A stretch of DNA of 64,000 nt, from positions 1-64,000 of the forward strand of contig JAUVXW010000005.1 of assembly GCA_030603385.1 (NCBI GenBank), in the 5' to 3' direction. Made by a program: the position numbers and the translations under genes. This document shows positions 20,890-31,800 of this stretch, piece after piece. The notes under the pieces were generated by a model. That model saw only the letters and a list, made by a program, of their open reading frames with translations. It was not told the DNA's origin and made no database searches. Position 1 is the stretch's first letter; every line of letters begins with the position of its first letter. This DNA is from Promethearchaeota archaeon (GTDB lineage Archaea; Asgardarchaeota; Lokiarchaeia; Sigyniarchaeales; SOKP01).

Positions 20890-21873
20890 ATGCAAGAATA
20901 TATTTCAGACTACTTTAATGATGACGTAGCTTTCTCTTCTAAGTATAATGGTCCGAAGTTTGATGCTCATGTTCATTTAGGGAGTATAGACGGTATTCAT
21001 AATTTAATTAAGTTCAGAGAAGAGTTTAATATCAAGAAATCAGTTGGTATCATCTGGGGGAATGATTATGATAAATTAGAAACAAATTTCCCTGATAAGT
21101 TTGTGTTGGCTAAATATTTTAGAAGTAGGCAGCTATTTAAAGCAAAGCCAAACCTTAAATTAACGTTAGATTTAATTGAAAAGATTTATCAACAAGGATT
21201 TCCAGTTGTTAAATTTTGGTTTGGCCCGAGAGTGAGAGATTTTGTAAGAGAACAATTCAAAATAGATCCACCAAAAATTAGATTATCTGATCCTTTTTTT
21301 AAGTCAATATTCGCCAAGATAGAAGAATTAGGGCTTATTTTATTAATTCACGTTAGTGATCCAGATCTTTGGTACGAGAAAGTTTATCAACCAGTTAGTC
21401 GATATGGTACCAAGAGAGAACATATAGATGATTTTGAGGAGATTTTATCAAGTTTTCCTAACTTAAAGGTACAACAAGCACATTTTGGGAGTCAACCAGA
21501 AGATCTTGAAAACCTCGCAAGGTGGATTGAATCATATCCAAATTACTACATTGATATATCTTCAGCAAGATGGATGGCACGAGAACTTGGGAGGTATCCA
21601 AAAAAAGCCAGAGAGTTTTTTATTAAATATTCAGATAGAATTCTTTTTGGGACAGATCTTGTGCAAGACCGAAATAAACCGATTTCAGATTATTATCGGA
21701 CTCGTTATTTTACCTTCCTAGCAATTTTAGAAACCTCATGTCGAGATGTACCATTACCTTTTCCAGATCCAGAAAATGATAATAATACAAAGATAAATGG
21801 CTTGGATCTTCCTCTTGATGTCTTAAAGAAGATTTATTGGGAAAATGCAATTAAGTTCTTCAAACTAAAATGA
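20890..21873 (+). CDS. Amidohydrolase family (Amidohydro_2) metallohydrolase
   Basis: DAHVH, IHVSDP, AHFG, YIDISS, RILFGTD, IYWENA. Confidence 0.88.
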   Translation: MQEYISDYFNDDVAFSSKYNGPKFDAHVHLGSIDGIHNLIKFREEFNIKKSVGIIWGNDYDKLETNFPDKFVLAKYFRSRQLFKAKPNLKLTLDLIEKIYQQGFPVVKFWFGPRVRDFVREQFKIDPPKIRLSDPFFKSIFAKIEELGLILLIHVSDPDLWYEKVYQPVSRYGTKREHIDDFEEILSSFPNLKVQQAHFGSQPEDLENLARWIESYPNYYIDISSARWMARELGRYPKKAREFFIKYSDRILFGTDLVQDRNKPISDYYRTRYFTFLAILETSCRDVPLPFPDPENDNNTKINGLDLPLDVLKKIYWENAIKFFKLK

Positions 21874-21881
21874 CCTACACA

Positions 21882-23591
21882 TTACAGAAAGATTTCTATT
21901 CCAGGAGGGAGCCACGGTTTGTAAATTCGAAAGTAATCATTAAAGAAATTAGATAACCCGTTTTTTAAACATAAATCCAACCAATGAAATACTGCCTCTT
22001 GTCCGTGTTTTTCCTTAGAGATTTTTCCGAACATATTACTTAAATAACTTGAAATGATATTTTTATCCTCTGAAGCTATATCGGTTGATTGGTTTTCTAA
22101 TAAGATATTTTCGATATGCATCATATATGGTTGAAAATTATTTAAAATTTCTATTATTTTTGCCCTTTCCATAACAGACACCTCGGATTTATTGATTAAA
22201 CGATTAAACTTCCCAAGATTTTTCATCAGGCCTTTTATATTTTCCAAAAATTGTGGTATATTTAATTTGACTAAATCTTGCTCAAGCTTCCTCGTGATAA
22301 ATGTATTCATTGTTATTTTATTATAAAAATAAATAACAGGTAAAGAAATATCTTTATCAAAATGTCTAATCAGAGGGATTCCCATCGTATAATATCTAGT
22401 TTCACCTGTACCTGCAATATGTATTGCGGGTTGGATGGTTTTTGAGATTAAATATTGACGGGATTCAACTCTGGGAGTGAAAAAAGAAGCATACTCAGAA
22501 AGATCAGGCTTATCCTTTTCGAGACTAAAATCTATTAAATCCCCGCAATGATCACATTTACATTTAACATGGATCATGGATGTATAATCTTGACAGGATA
22601 ATTCTAGTCTCTTACAGTTACACTGTTCATTAGTGCATTCAAAAAAAAAAGGGACAAAGTCATCTCTAATCTCTCTTAAGGGAGGTTGAATATGATGATC
22701 TATAAATTGATTTCTTAAATCTAAATATATATCAACATACTTACTTTGATTCTCTAATAATGTCTCATAAAATGGTGTTAATAGCTTTTTATATGCCAAA
22801 TCTGAAGCAGAAATAAAAAGATAGCCTTGATCAAAGATAATATTGGAAATTGTCCCAATTATGTTGATAAACCAGTCTGTATAGTTTTCTGCATTATTAT
22901 GTGCGATTTTGATTAACCGAAGCGCTTCCTCTAACCGTTCTTCTAATAGCTTTTTATGCCAATTATCCTCTAAGCAGGAATTAATAGAATTAATGTATTT
23001 TTTTCTAATTTCTTGAAACTGTTCCAAGAGATAAGACAGAGATGGTAGCGGAAGATTTCTAATTCTCATATCAAGAAACTCCTTTTCTATTTCAGGTTTT
23101 ATTGAAATCGAAAATCCATTAGGTGAATCACTTTGCGAAAATTTGGTTTTTATTAATTCAGAATGGACCTTATCATAATCAGCAACATAAAAAATTGGAA
23201 TTATATTATTATCAAGATTCGCAAAAGCTGCCCCGCATGCCATTTTGTTAAAAAGAAACCTTTCTCCACCTAAAAATTTAGGTTGATGTGAAACTTCTAA
23301 ACTCATACTATTATTATCAGTAAGGAAATTTTCTAAATGTCTCTTAGCTTTGTCAGTCAGTAGATTATATTTGCGATTTGTGTTTTCGAATATTTTTCCC
23401 AATGCAAATTTTATTTCATTCCTATTTGTATCTTTTTCCCTTTCTCTATTTACTTTTTTAGCAAGAAAAATGGCATCGCTCATTGATTGAGGTATAAGAT
23501 CTTTCATACCTTCAGAAATCCAAGATTCCTGTCCTTCCAGAGCATATAACAGGTAATAGGTTAATGGATCTTCAAATCTATCAGCTGACAT
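21882..23591 (-). CDS. BshC-like ligase (bacillithiol cysteine-adding enzyme family) with Cys-rich insert
   Basis: VSHQPKFLGG (cf. GQQ-x-LxxGP), PIFYVADYD (cf. PVFWxAxED), HIAGTGETRYY (cf. YxGGPGExxY); lies directly downstream of a BshB-like gene. Confidence 0.7.
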   Translation of the reverse strand: MSADRFEDPLTYYLLYALEGQESWISEGMKDLIPQSMSDAIFLAKKVNREREKDTNRNEIKFALGKIFENTNRKYNLLTDKAKRHLENFLTDNNSMSLEVSHQPKFLGGERFLFNKMACGAAFANLDNNIIPIFYVADYDKVHSELIKTKFSQSDSPNGFSISIKPEIEKEFLDMRIRNLPLPSLSYLLEQFQEIRKKYINSINSCLEDNWHKKLLEERLEEALRLIKIAHNNAENYTDWFINIIGTISNIIFDQGYLFISASDLAYKKLLTPFYETLLENQSKYVDIYLDLRNQFIDHHIQPPLREIRDDFVPFFFECTNEQCNCKRLELSCQDYTSMIHVKCKCDHCGDLIDFSLEKDKPDLSEYASFFTPRVESRQYLISKTIQPAIHIAGTGETRYYTMGIPLIRHFDKDISLPVIYFYNKITMNTFITRKLEQDLVKLNIPQFLENIKGLMKNLGKFNRLINKSEVSVMERAKIIEILNNFQPYMMHIENILLENQSTDIASEDKNIISSYLSNMFGKISKEKHGQEAVFHWLDLCLKNGLSNFFNDYFRIYKPWLPPGIEIFL

Positions 23592-23602
23592 CTCAATTTT
23601 AC

Positions 23603-24298
23603 CTAAAATTTTAAATTTTCAAAATCCACGATTAAATATTCAGAATTAATGAACCCTTCAGCGTACTTTACTCCAATTTGGTATCCCAAATATCCTGCTC
23701 GTTCTCTTATATAATCAAATATTCTTAAATACTTCTTATTATCAACAAACTGTGTTTTATAGGCTTTAAGAGCATTTATTTTTTCTTCGATAGAATCAGA
23801 AATATCGATTAAAAAGTCCAACTTTCGATTCTTATCTTTCAAATGTGAATGATCAAAATAAAAGACATATTTTGGGGAATATTCTGAATACTTTGATTCG
23901 GTTTTTGTTAATTTTGACTGAAATTTAGCAGCGTTTACAATCTGATGACAAGCAATGTGATCTGGGTGCCAATCATTAGAGGGATGAGTAATAAGGATAT
24001 TTGGTTTATATTTTCTAATCACTTCAGAAACCTTTTTCCTGTTCTCAATTGTATTTTCAATATATCTATTTGTCATGTCTAGAGTAATTCTTATATCTAG
24101 ATGTAAAATTTCAGAAGCAGCTTTAGCCTCAGCCATTCTTTTTTCAACAGTACCGAATGGGGTGGGTTCTCCATTTGATAAATCTAAAACCCCTATTTTT
24201 TTACCTCTTTTCTTATAATGGGCAATTGTTCCTCCACATCCGATTTCTGCATCATCTGGATGGGCTCCAATTACTAAAATATCTAACTCAAGGTCCAT
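23603..24298 (-). CDS. bshB1: BshB1-like PIG-L/LmbE family N-acetylglucosaminyl deacetylase
   Basis: AHPDDAEIGCGG, DLSNGE, HPDH, IDIS...KINALKAYKTQF, GVKYAEGF. Confidence 0.85.
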   Translation of the reverse strand: MDLELDILVIGAHPDDAEIGCGGTIAHYKKRGKKIGVLDLSNGEPTPFGTVEKRMAEAKAASEILHLDIRITLDMTNRYIENTIENRKKVSEVIRKYKPNILITHPSNDWHPDHIACHQIVNAAKFQSKLTKTESKYSEYSPKYVFYFDHSHLKDKNRKLDFLIDISDSIEEKINALKAYKTQFVDNKKYLRIFDYIRERAGYLGYQIGVKYAEGFINSEYLIVDFENLKF

Positions 24299-24307
24299 TT
24301 TAATCTA

Positions 24308-25210
24308 CTAAGTTTCTAGTTCTCTAATTTTTGTAAATATTGCTTCTTGTATTTTTTTATAATTATATTTATTAATATCATCCACACTATTGAAATAATT
24401 TGAAAAAATTAACTTAAAAACATTAATATTTGTTTTTAAAGGAGTATTCAAGAGTGATTCAATTAATTGAATATATTTTTCAATTCTTTCTTCTCCTTTT
24501 TTAAACAAGAAGCTATCTTTTGCATTTTTTAAAATTGCATCTCTATCTTTATATATTACTGGAACTTCTTTTTCAACAATGGTATATCCGTTTTTCATTG
24601 CTTTAATCCAGATTTCGATGGGTATTTCATATCCGTTTATCTCCAATTCTAAATCATTAATTGCATTACATTCATATGCCTTTAATCCGCAAAATGCATC
24701 TGTAATAGAAAGTCCGATAGTATTGAGAATTCCTGTGATGATCGTATTAACAAGAAATCTATCTTTCCATGGTTTCTGCCAGAATAGTTCTGAATTTTTA
24801 TATCTTGAACCAGAAATAATTTGTTCTGATGGTTTTTCAAGGATTAGTTCAATAAACTTGTAAAAACATTTAGGTTCATGTTGACCATCCATATCAAACG
24901 ATATTATCCAGGAAAAATTCTTTTTTTTAGCGTATTTAAAACCGTTTATAAGTGTATAGCCATAACCTTTATTTTCTTTAAAGTTAATAATAGTAAAAAG
25001 GGAATTTTGATTGTTTTTATCCAAAATTTGCATGGTTCTATCAGTAGAACCATCATTGATGATAAGGATCTCCAAATTAAATTCGCTTCTTTTCTGCAAA
25101 TTTTGTTTTACGTCACGGAGATGTTCTAATATATGCTCAATGTTTTCTTCTTCATTAAAACACGGGATAAGTAAGAGAATGTCAATTATTTCTTTAGAAA
25201 TGTCGAACAA
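24308..25210 (-). CDS. Glycosyltransferase family 2 (DPM1-like)
   Basis: IPCFNEE, INDGSTD, NKGYG, DMDGQH, SGSRY, TDAFCGLKAY. Confidence 0.9.
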   Translation of the reverse strand: MFDISKEIIDILLLIPCFNEEENIEHILEHLRDVKQNLQKRSEFNLEILIINDGSTDRTMQILDKNNQNSLFTIINFKENKGYGYTLINGFKYAKKKNFSWIISFDMDGQHEPKCFYKFIELILEKPSEQIISGSRYKNSELFWQKPWKDRFLVNTIITGILNTIGLSITDAFCGLKAYECNAINDLELEINGYEIPIEIWIKAMKNGYTIVEKEVPVIYKDRDAILKNAKDSFLFKKGEERIEKYIQLIESLLNTPLKTNINVFKLIFSNYFNSVDDINKYNYKKIQEAIFTKIRELET

Positions 25211-25318
25211 CCCATCATATTTTATGAATATTCATTGAAACAATAATTCTTAACTTTTAGAATTGTTGATTATGATTTATAAAAAATTGATAATTTAAGG
25301 TATTTACTTCTCAAAAGA

Positions 25319-26509
25319 TTATATTAATAAAAAGAAGAGCCAATAAAAACCAATTAATATTATAAAAGATATAAAAATCGGTTTTCCTAAGATCTTTACA
25401 ACTTTTTTGAAATCAGTCTCAAAATAATCTGTACTATAGGCAACACATGGATGGATTGGGGTGATGAGATATCCTAAAAAAATTGAAACGTAGATAAAAA
25501 TGAAATCTAAGAGCGGCATGGTAAAGACAGCATTTTGCTCGAGATAAATGCGAATTAAGATTAAAATTGGTAATTGAATCCTTCCTGTTGCAAAGCCTAG
25601 GAAGAAACCAATTAATATTAAAAGAAAGACTGATAAATTTAAGCTAGCTATTTCCTCAGGAGCACCAGAAAGAATAAATACTTCTAAAAATATAAACATG
25701 GAAAATATTATCAATGGGAAACGCCAAATTTTCATTCTTTTCGATATACTTTTAATACGTGAGAACTTCATGCTTCCAAATCGTAAAGCTAACCCAATAC
25801 TAAAAACAAGGGCAACAAGAAGAAATATTTCGGGAACACGCAGATTAAAAATTGTTCTTCCAATAAAATCTATTATTGGGGCGATAATAATTGGAAGCAT
25901 GTTATGAAGTGCTCTCTTAAGATCTCTTTCCCCTTGTTCTGAAAAAGGAGAAACATCTTTAATCAACGTGAGATATCCCACTAACCACATTATTATCAAA
26001 CAAGGCAATAATCCAATTACTATTATATAAAGATTAATACCAGTAAGAATGCTTGCTAAAATCAATGAAGAAGATAAAGGATAAATCAGGATTAGCATAT
26101 GTCGATACCAAACATTGATTGATACTTTTTTACTTGAATCTTCTTCAGAATCAATCTGTTCTACAATAGGGGCTGACATCAAAGCTCCTCCTGGTACGGG
26201 TAATAAGCCAAATAAGGCAGGAATGGTCATGAGAGAAGCTTTTCGTGAAACTCGCATTTTTTGAATCATCTCCCTCATTAGTCCAGATTCCTCCATAATC
26301 CCTCCTAAGATAGATATAAGTGTAACAATAATCATCAATACGAGAATAGTTGGATTTGTTACCACATTGATCAATGATTGTAAGATGTCAGCACCTGCCA
26401 AAATGGCAAAACCTACAGCTCCTAAGGAAAGTGTAAGACTTAACTCATACTTAGAAAGAATCATGACTATGCATATAATGATGACAAAACTCAGCCACGC
26501 AGGTAACAT
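25319..26509 (-). CDS. DUF401 family membrane protein (ion-transporter-superfamily-like)
   Basis: PALFGLLPVPGGALMSAP, NVWYRH, GYLITPIHPC; about 11 TM helices. Confidence 0.85.
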   Translation of the reverse strand: MLPAWLSFVIIICIVMILSKYELSLTLSLGAVGFAILAGADILQSLINVVTNPTILVLMIIVTLISILGGIMEESGLMREMIQKMRVSRKASLMTIPALFGLLPVPGGALMSAPIVEQIDSEEDSSKKVSINVWYRHMLILIYPLSSSLILASILTGINLYIIVIGLLPCLIIMWLVGYLTLIKDVSPFSEQGERDLKRALHNMLPIIIAPIIDFIGRTIFNLRVPEIFLLVALVFSIGLALRFGSMKFSRIKSISKRMKIWRFPLIIFSMFIFLEVFILSGAPEEIASLNLSVFLLILIGFFLGFATGRIQLPILILIRIYLEQNAVFTMPLLDFIFIYVSIFLGYLITPIHPCVAYSTDYFETDFKKVVKILGKPIFISFIILIGFYWLFFLLI

Positions 26510-26630
26510 ATCTTTGAAAGTAAATGGTTTTTTGATAATATTTCGAATTTCTTTCTTTAAAAAATAAATTTTATAAAAATCTTACAGCGATATTGGTTTT
26601 AAAAGGAAAAAATTTCATTCTCTCTATAAT

Positions 26631-28778
26631 ATGCAAATTGAATCAAAGAAGTATTTTAATGGACCACATCTTAAAAGAGATATCGTTCATTATCGACATT
26701 ATCAAAATAATATTATAAATAGTTGTAAGAATAAAAATTCTTTAGTAGTTTTACCAACAGGCTTAGGAAAAACAATTATTGGTATTTTATTAATTGCTTA
26801 TTCTCTAAAAAAATATCCGAGGGCAAAATTAATAATCCTCGCTCCAACCAGACCCTTAGTTTCTCAGCATAAAGCTTCTTGTGAAAAGTTTCTTAACATT
26901 AGTTCTGAAGAAATCATATCATTCACAGGTAAGATACCACCAGATAAGAGGATCCTTTTATTTGAAAAGGCAAAGATCATCATCTCTACCCCTCAAGTAA
27001 TAAATAATGATTTAATAAGAGGACGTTATGATTTAAGGCACGTTTCATTAATCATCTTCGATGAAGCTCATAAAACAAAAGGAAATTACTCTTATAATTT
27101 AATTTCAAAAGAATATATTAACACCTGTAATGATCCGTTGATTTTAGGATTAACAGCATCACCAGGAAAAGATTATGAGCGTATTCAATTAATATGTGAT
27201 AATTTGCATATTGAGAATATTGTTTTTAGAAATTATGAAGATGAGGATGTTAAAGATTATATATATGACATAGACACATACATAAATTTAGTGACCCTAC
27301 CGACAAGAATGTTAGAATTAAGCCAAGTTTGGCAAAATTTATTTAGCAAATTTTTAAGATTCTTTATAGATCGAAAGTTAATTAACCCCTACAAGAAATA
27401 CTACTCAAAATTAGATTTTCTGAGAATTACACATGATTTAACTCTTTCGTTCAGATATGAAAAAGATTATATTTCAGAAGAAGAGTATTTAGATTATTTG
27501 TTTTATCACGATCCAAAAATAATCGATATAATTAAAGAAAATGATATTGATGTTAATGCAGTATATTCATATTGCTCAAGTTGTATTTCATTACTACATG
27601 CTAAGGATTTAATTGAAACTCAAAACATTTCACTTTTTATATCTTTTTTAGAGAGAATTAAATATAGAGCTGAACAAGGGATATTATCTGCAAAGAGAAT
27701 AGTGAATTCAAAACATTTTAAATTTGTTAATTCTGCAATTGAAGAAGAAGATTTATCAAATTTAACTCATCCAAAAATAAATAAGATTATTTCAATCATA
27801 CGTGAAGAAATAGAGGAATTTAACAATAAAAAAATCATTATTTTTACACAGTTTAGAGAGATGGCAGAATTCCTAAAAAATAAACTAAAATATGAATTTC
27901 AAAATCAATTAAAAATTGAGAAATTTATTGGTCAATCTTCAAAAATTGATGACATAGGATTTTCTCAAAAAGTACAATCAGAAATTCTACAAAAATTTAG
28001 AGAAGATAAAATCAATGTTCTAATTGCAACTAGTGTTGCTGAAGAAGGATTAGATATCCCAAACGTAGATGCCATATTATTTTATGAACCAGTCCCTTCT
28101 GAAATTAGATTAATTCAAAGGCGTGGAAGAACTGGCAGATATGCCCCCGGAAGATGTTATATACTTGTAACTGAAGATACTGTTGATATTCCTTTCTACA
28201 TTGTTGCCAGGAGAAAGGAAGGTTCCATGAAATCCGTTTTAAGAGATTATGAGCAAATACAATTAAGTGAGAATTTAGAACGTAAATCAATTATATTCTC
28301 AAAACAAGATATAAACAAATGTTCCGATTTAGAACTCATCCAAAATTTTAAGGAAAGAAGAGAAAGAGAAAAAGAAATTTTGGCGAACCGTTCTATTGAG
28401 GATATCCTTAACCAATTAGATGAATTTTGTAATAGTAAGGATTATGAAAAATTAAAGGAATGTGGTGTGACTTTTTATTCAGACTTAATAAAAATGGAAC
28501 TCCCCGCTATGAAAAATAAGATATTGAAATTAAAAGGAAAAAAAAATCCCAATCAAAGTAAAAGAAAAGTGTATCTAAATAAAAACGTAAAATCTTTAAT
28601 CAATATGGTAAAAACTTATGGAGAAAATTGTAAAATAGATTTTAAAGAATTACTAGAGCTTGCTAAGGAGGAAGAAATAGTAGATCGGAAGTTCTATATC
28701 CATTTTAATCAAGCATGTTTTCGGGGGTATCTTAGAAAACAAGAGAATTATGTTCATTTTGTTATGGATTATGATTGA
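26631..28778 (+). CDS. Hef/FANCM/Mph1-family DEAH helicase without a recognisable ERCC4 nuclease domain
   Basis: LPTGLGKT, APTRPLV, FDEAH, TASPG, ATSVAEEGLDIP, YEPVPSEIRLIQRRGRTGR. Confidence 0.9.
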   Translation: MQIESKKYFNGPHLKRDIVHYRHYQNNIINSCKNKNSLVVLPTGLGKTIIGILLIAYSLKKYPRAKLIILAPTRPLVSQHKASCEKFLNISSEEIISFTGKIPPDKRILLFEKAKIIISTPQVINNDLIRGRYDLRHVSLIIFDEAHKTKGNYSYNLISKEYINTCNDPLILGLTASPGKDYERIQLICDNLHIENIVFRNYEDEDVKDYIYDIDTYINLVTLPTRMLELSQVWQNLFSKFLRFFIDRKLINPYKKYYSKLDFLRITHDLTLSFRYEKDYISEEEYLDYLFYHDPKIIDIIKENDIDVNAVYSYCSSCISLLHAKDLIETQNISLFISFLERIKYRAEQGILSAKRIVNSKHFKFVNSAIEEEDLSNLTHPKINKIISIIREEIEEFNNKKIIIFTQFREMAEFLKNKLKYEFQNQLKIEKFIGQSSKIDDIGFSQKVQSEILQKFREDKINVLIATSVAEEGLDIPNVDAILFYEPVPSEIRLIQRRGRTGRYAPGRCYILVTEDTVDIPFYIVARRKEGSMKSVLRDYEQIQLSENLERKSIIFSKQDINKCSDLELIQNFKERREREKEILANRSIEDILNQLDEFCNSKDYEKLKECGVTFYSDLIKMELPAMKNKILKLKGKKNPNQSKRKVYLNKNVKSLINMVKTYGENCKIDFKELLELAKEEEIVDRKFYIHFNQACFRGYLRKQENYVHFVMDYD

Positions 28779-28781
28779 TTA

Positions 28782-28804
28782 AATTATGAGTTAAACTCAT
28801 AATT
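28782..28804. terminator. Perfect 10-bp hairpin between convergent genes
   Basis: AATTATGAGT-taa-ACTCATAATT in the 46-bp gap between two stop codons. Confidence 0.5.
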
Positions 28805-28824
28805 AAATTTATAAAATTAGATAG

Positions 28825-31800
28825 TTATTTTATTTTTGCATCTTTCTTTCTTAAAAAGTAGAATCCTAAAACCATGAGCGTTAATAATACAGGGAAAACA
28901 ATAACAGCGGGATTACCTCCACTGAAGAGGAATAAATAATATGAAATCGTTAATATTGAAGCAAAGAAGGCTATTACACTTCCATATTGGCTCGCAAAAT
29001 TTTTGAGATGACGCATAACCATATTTACTTTAAAATTTGTGCTTTTTATTACTTCTAGTTCAGTTTCGTCTAAATCATCTAATATTTCTGGATTTTCATA
29101 GTAAATTCCAAACCTAGGGTCATACTTGCCCTGTAATTCTCCTGAACTTATTAAAAATAATAGATGGTTTTGGATGTTTTGTTTCTTTATTTTTAATTCA
29201 TTATTTAAGAAACCTGTAGTTAAGAATTCATTCGCAACTGCTTTAATTGTCATTTCAATATAGGATTTCAATATTAATCTTTCTAATGATTTTACTTTTT
29301 CATTTAAGATCTCATTATATTCACTGATAAATTTATTAAAATCTTCTAAAAGAAATCTAGATAGTTGGTTAAAGTTTTTTGATTGTCTATTGTATTCTTT
29401 AATCTTTATTGTGGCATTTCTTTTAATTTCCTTGATTTCTGCTTCAATAGTCTTAGCTCTCTTATGAATTATTACATTGATTTTTTTAAATTCTTTTATT
29501 TCAATATTATCCTCTACCTTTCTCTCAAGATTTCCAAGTAACTGGCTCAAGTTAATTTTACTATTATTTATGAAATCTATTAATTTCTCACGGAAAGATT
29601 CATTTTTCATAATCTCTATTTGATCGTTAATTTTTATTACTTTAATGTTGAATTCCTCTAAATATTCGCTCTTCTTCTTAACAAACATTTCTCTTATCTC
29701 TGGTATTAATTTGTTCGAACTCTCTGTCTTATTTGCAGTATTTCTTATTTCATTTCCTATGTTATCTTCTGTTTGCCTTGATTTTTCTCTAAAATCTTGT
29801 TTCTTAATTCCAAAGTCTTCTTGAATATCATTGTAAGAATCATATTCTTCAGATTCTTTTAAAAACCTATTATAATATTCTTTTAACTCTATTTTAAGTG
29901 AATTATATTGCTGTTCAATGAAATTTTGCATAGAATTAAAGAGATTTAAGTTAATACTTATTTTATTTATAGCATTTCTATCATTTTCTATTATTGATTC
30001 GAAGTATTCTTTAGTTTCAAGGAATTCTTGCCATTCTTGATTTATTTGGAGCTCATTTACTTTATTATAAAATTTCTTTGGGATAACTTCTTCAAAAACT
30101 CTTAGATCACTGATTCTATTTTGAAGTTCTAACATATTTGTGTTTAAATTTAAGTTTCTAATACTTGAGTCATAAAGGGCTAATATCTTACCAACTCTTT
30201 CTCTGTTCAATTTTAATAATTGATTTTCAATATAATTTCTTAATTCTTTATTTAAATAATAAAAATCTGTATATATCAGAATAGTTTTATCACTTTCATT
30301 CAACTCAGCATTAATTTTTGAAATATCTATCATATCTTTCAATCTTTTAATTAAAACCTTACATGAAAGTTTAACGTCATCTTTTAAATCTATAAGCCTG
30401 ATATTATTAGTTTTTTTCTCTACTGCCATAATATTTATTCTATTCGAAATTATATCATTAACATATTCATCTTTTAAATCAGAAATCTCATTTTGAAAGA
30501 AACTAGTGAATTTCTCCCACTGAAGGATTGTTAATTTGGATTTCTCATCAAAATTTTCTATATTTTTATTACAACTGTTAAATTTTTTAGCAAATACTTT
30601 ATTTGTCTTGTCAAAACTAGCATCAAGAAGGTCAAATTCTTTAGTTATATCTGCAATTTTTAAATTATCTGATTGATTAAATTTATTCTTGATATCAGCT
30701 AACTCCGTTTTTAATTTAATAACCTCTTGCGAAACAAATTCATCAAAATCTTTTATTTCGGTTTTATTTCTTTCAATTATGACTTTATCTTTTAAAAATT
30801 GTGCCTGTTTAGCTATTGAGTCAATAATACTTGATTCTAAATTTTCAAGATTATCCTGTAAATGCTTATAAAGTAAATAGAGCTTCTGCTTTTCTTTTAT
30901 CTTATCTTTGACAGTAGATTGTAGGTTTTTAATTTCAGTTAATTTTTCATTTAAAACAACATCAGATTCTTTTTTAATAACATTGAAAGCCTCTTGAAAT
31001 TGATTTTCTACTATTTTACTTTTAATATTTTCACCGATTTCTGAAATATCATTATTCAACTTTTCATTGATTATAATGATCTTTTTTAAATTCGTCCTAA
31101 AAAATTGAAAACCCTCATGATAAAATTGATACTCATTTTCGAATTTTTCTTTAATCCTAACCCATTTGTTAATTATTTCTCTATGTTTTTCGACTATTTC
31201 ATTTTCTTTTGTCGTGATTTGCTGAGATATATTAAATATTACTTTATCATACTTGCTAATATCATCAGATATTTGATTCAATTGAGGAATGATTAGATTA
31301 AATTTGTTTTCAATATATTCTTTCTCGAGCGTTTCACTAAAAAGCTTCTTAAACGCATCTAATTTTTTCTTTAAATCTTCTTCTATTATAATAAGCTTTT
31401 CATTTAAATTTTCCAATAATCTATTTATATTTCTTATTGTTTCCTTTTCCTGGATCTTACCTTTAAGATAAGAATCAACTTCTACTAGCTCATTTTGTAG
31501 AGTGGAATATACTTTATTCCACTGAGCAATTTCAGCACCTAATATGGCACGGATATTACTATAATATAAAATTTCATTAAATGAATTTTCAATGTTTTCA
31601 TTTAGGAAGTCAGCTTCCATTATGGCATCTTTTATTACAAATTTCAATCTTTCCTTGGCATAATCGATTTCATCAATTAAAAGATAACTATCTATTTCTT
31701 CCCTTATTTGATTTCCAATGTTTTTAAGTTTTAAAGTCATATTATATATATCATTCTTAATATCCTCTAATTTCTCTTTTTCCTCCGAAATTCTTTCTGT

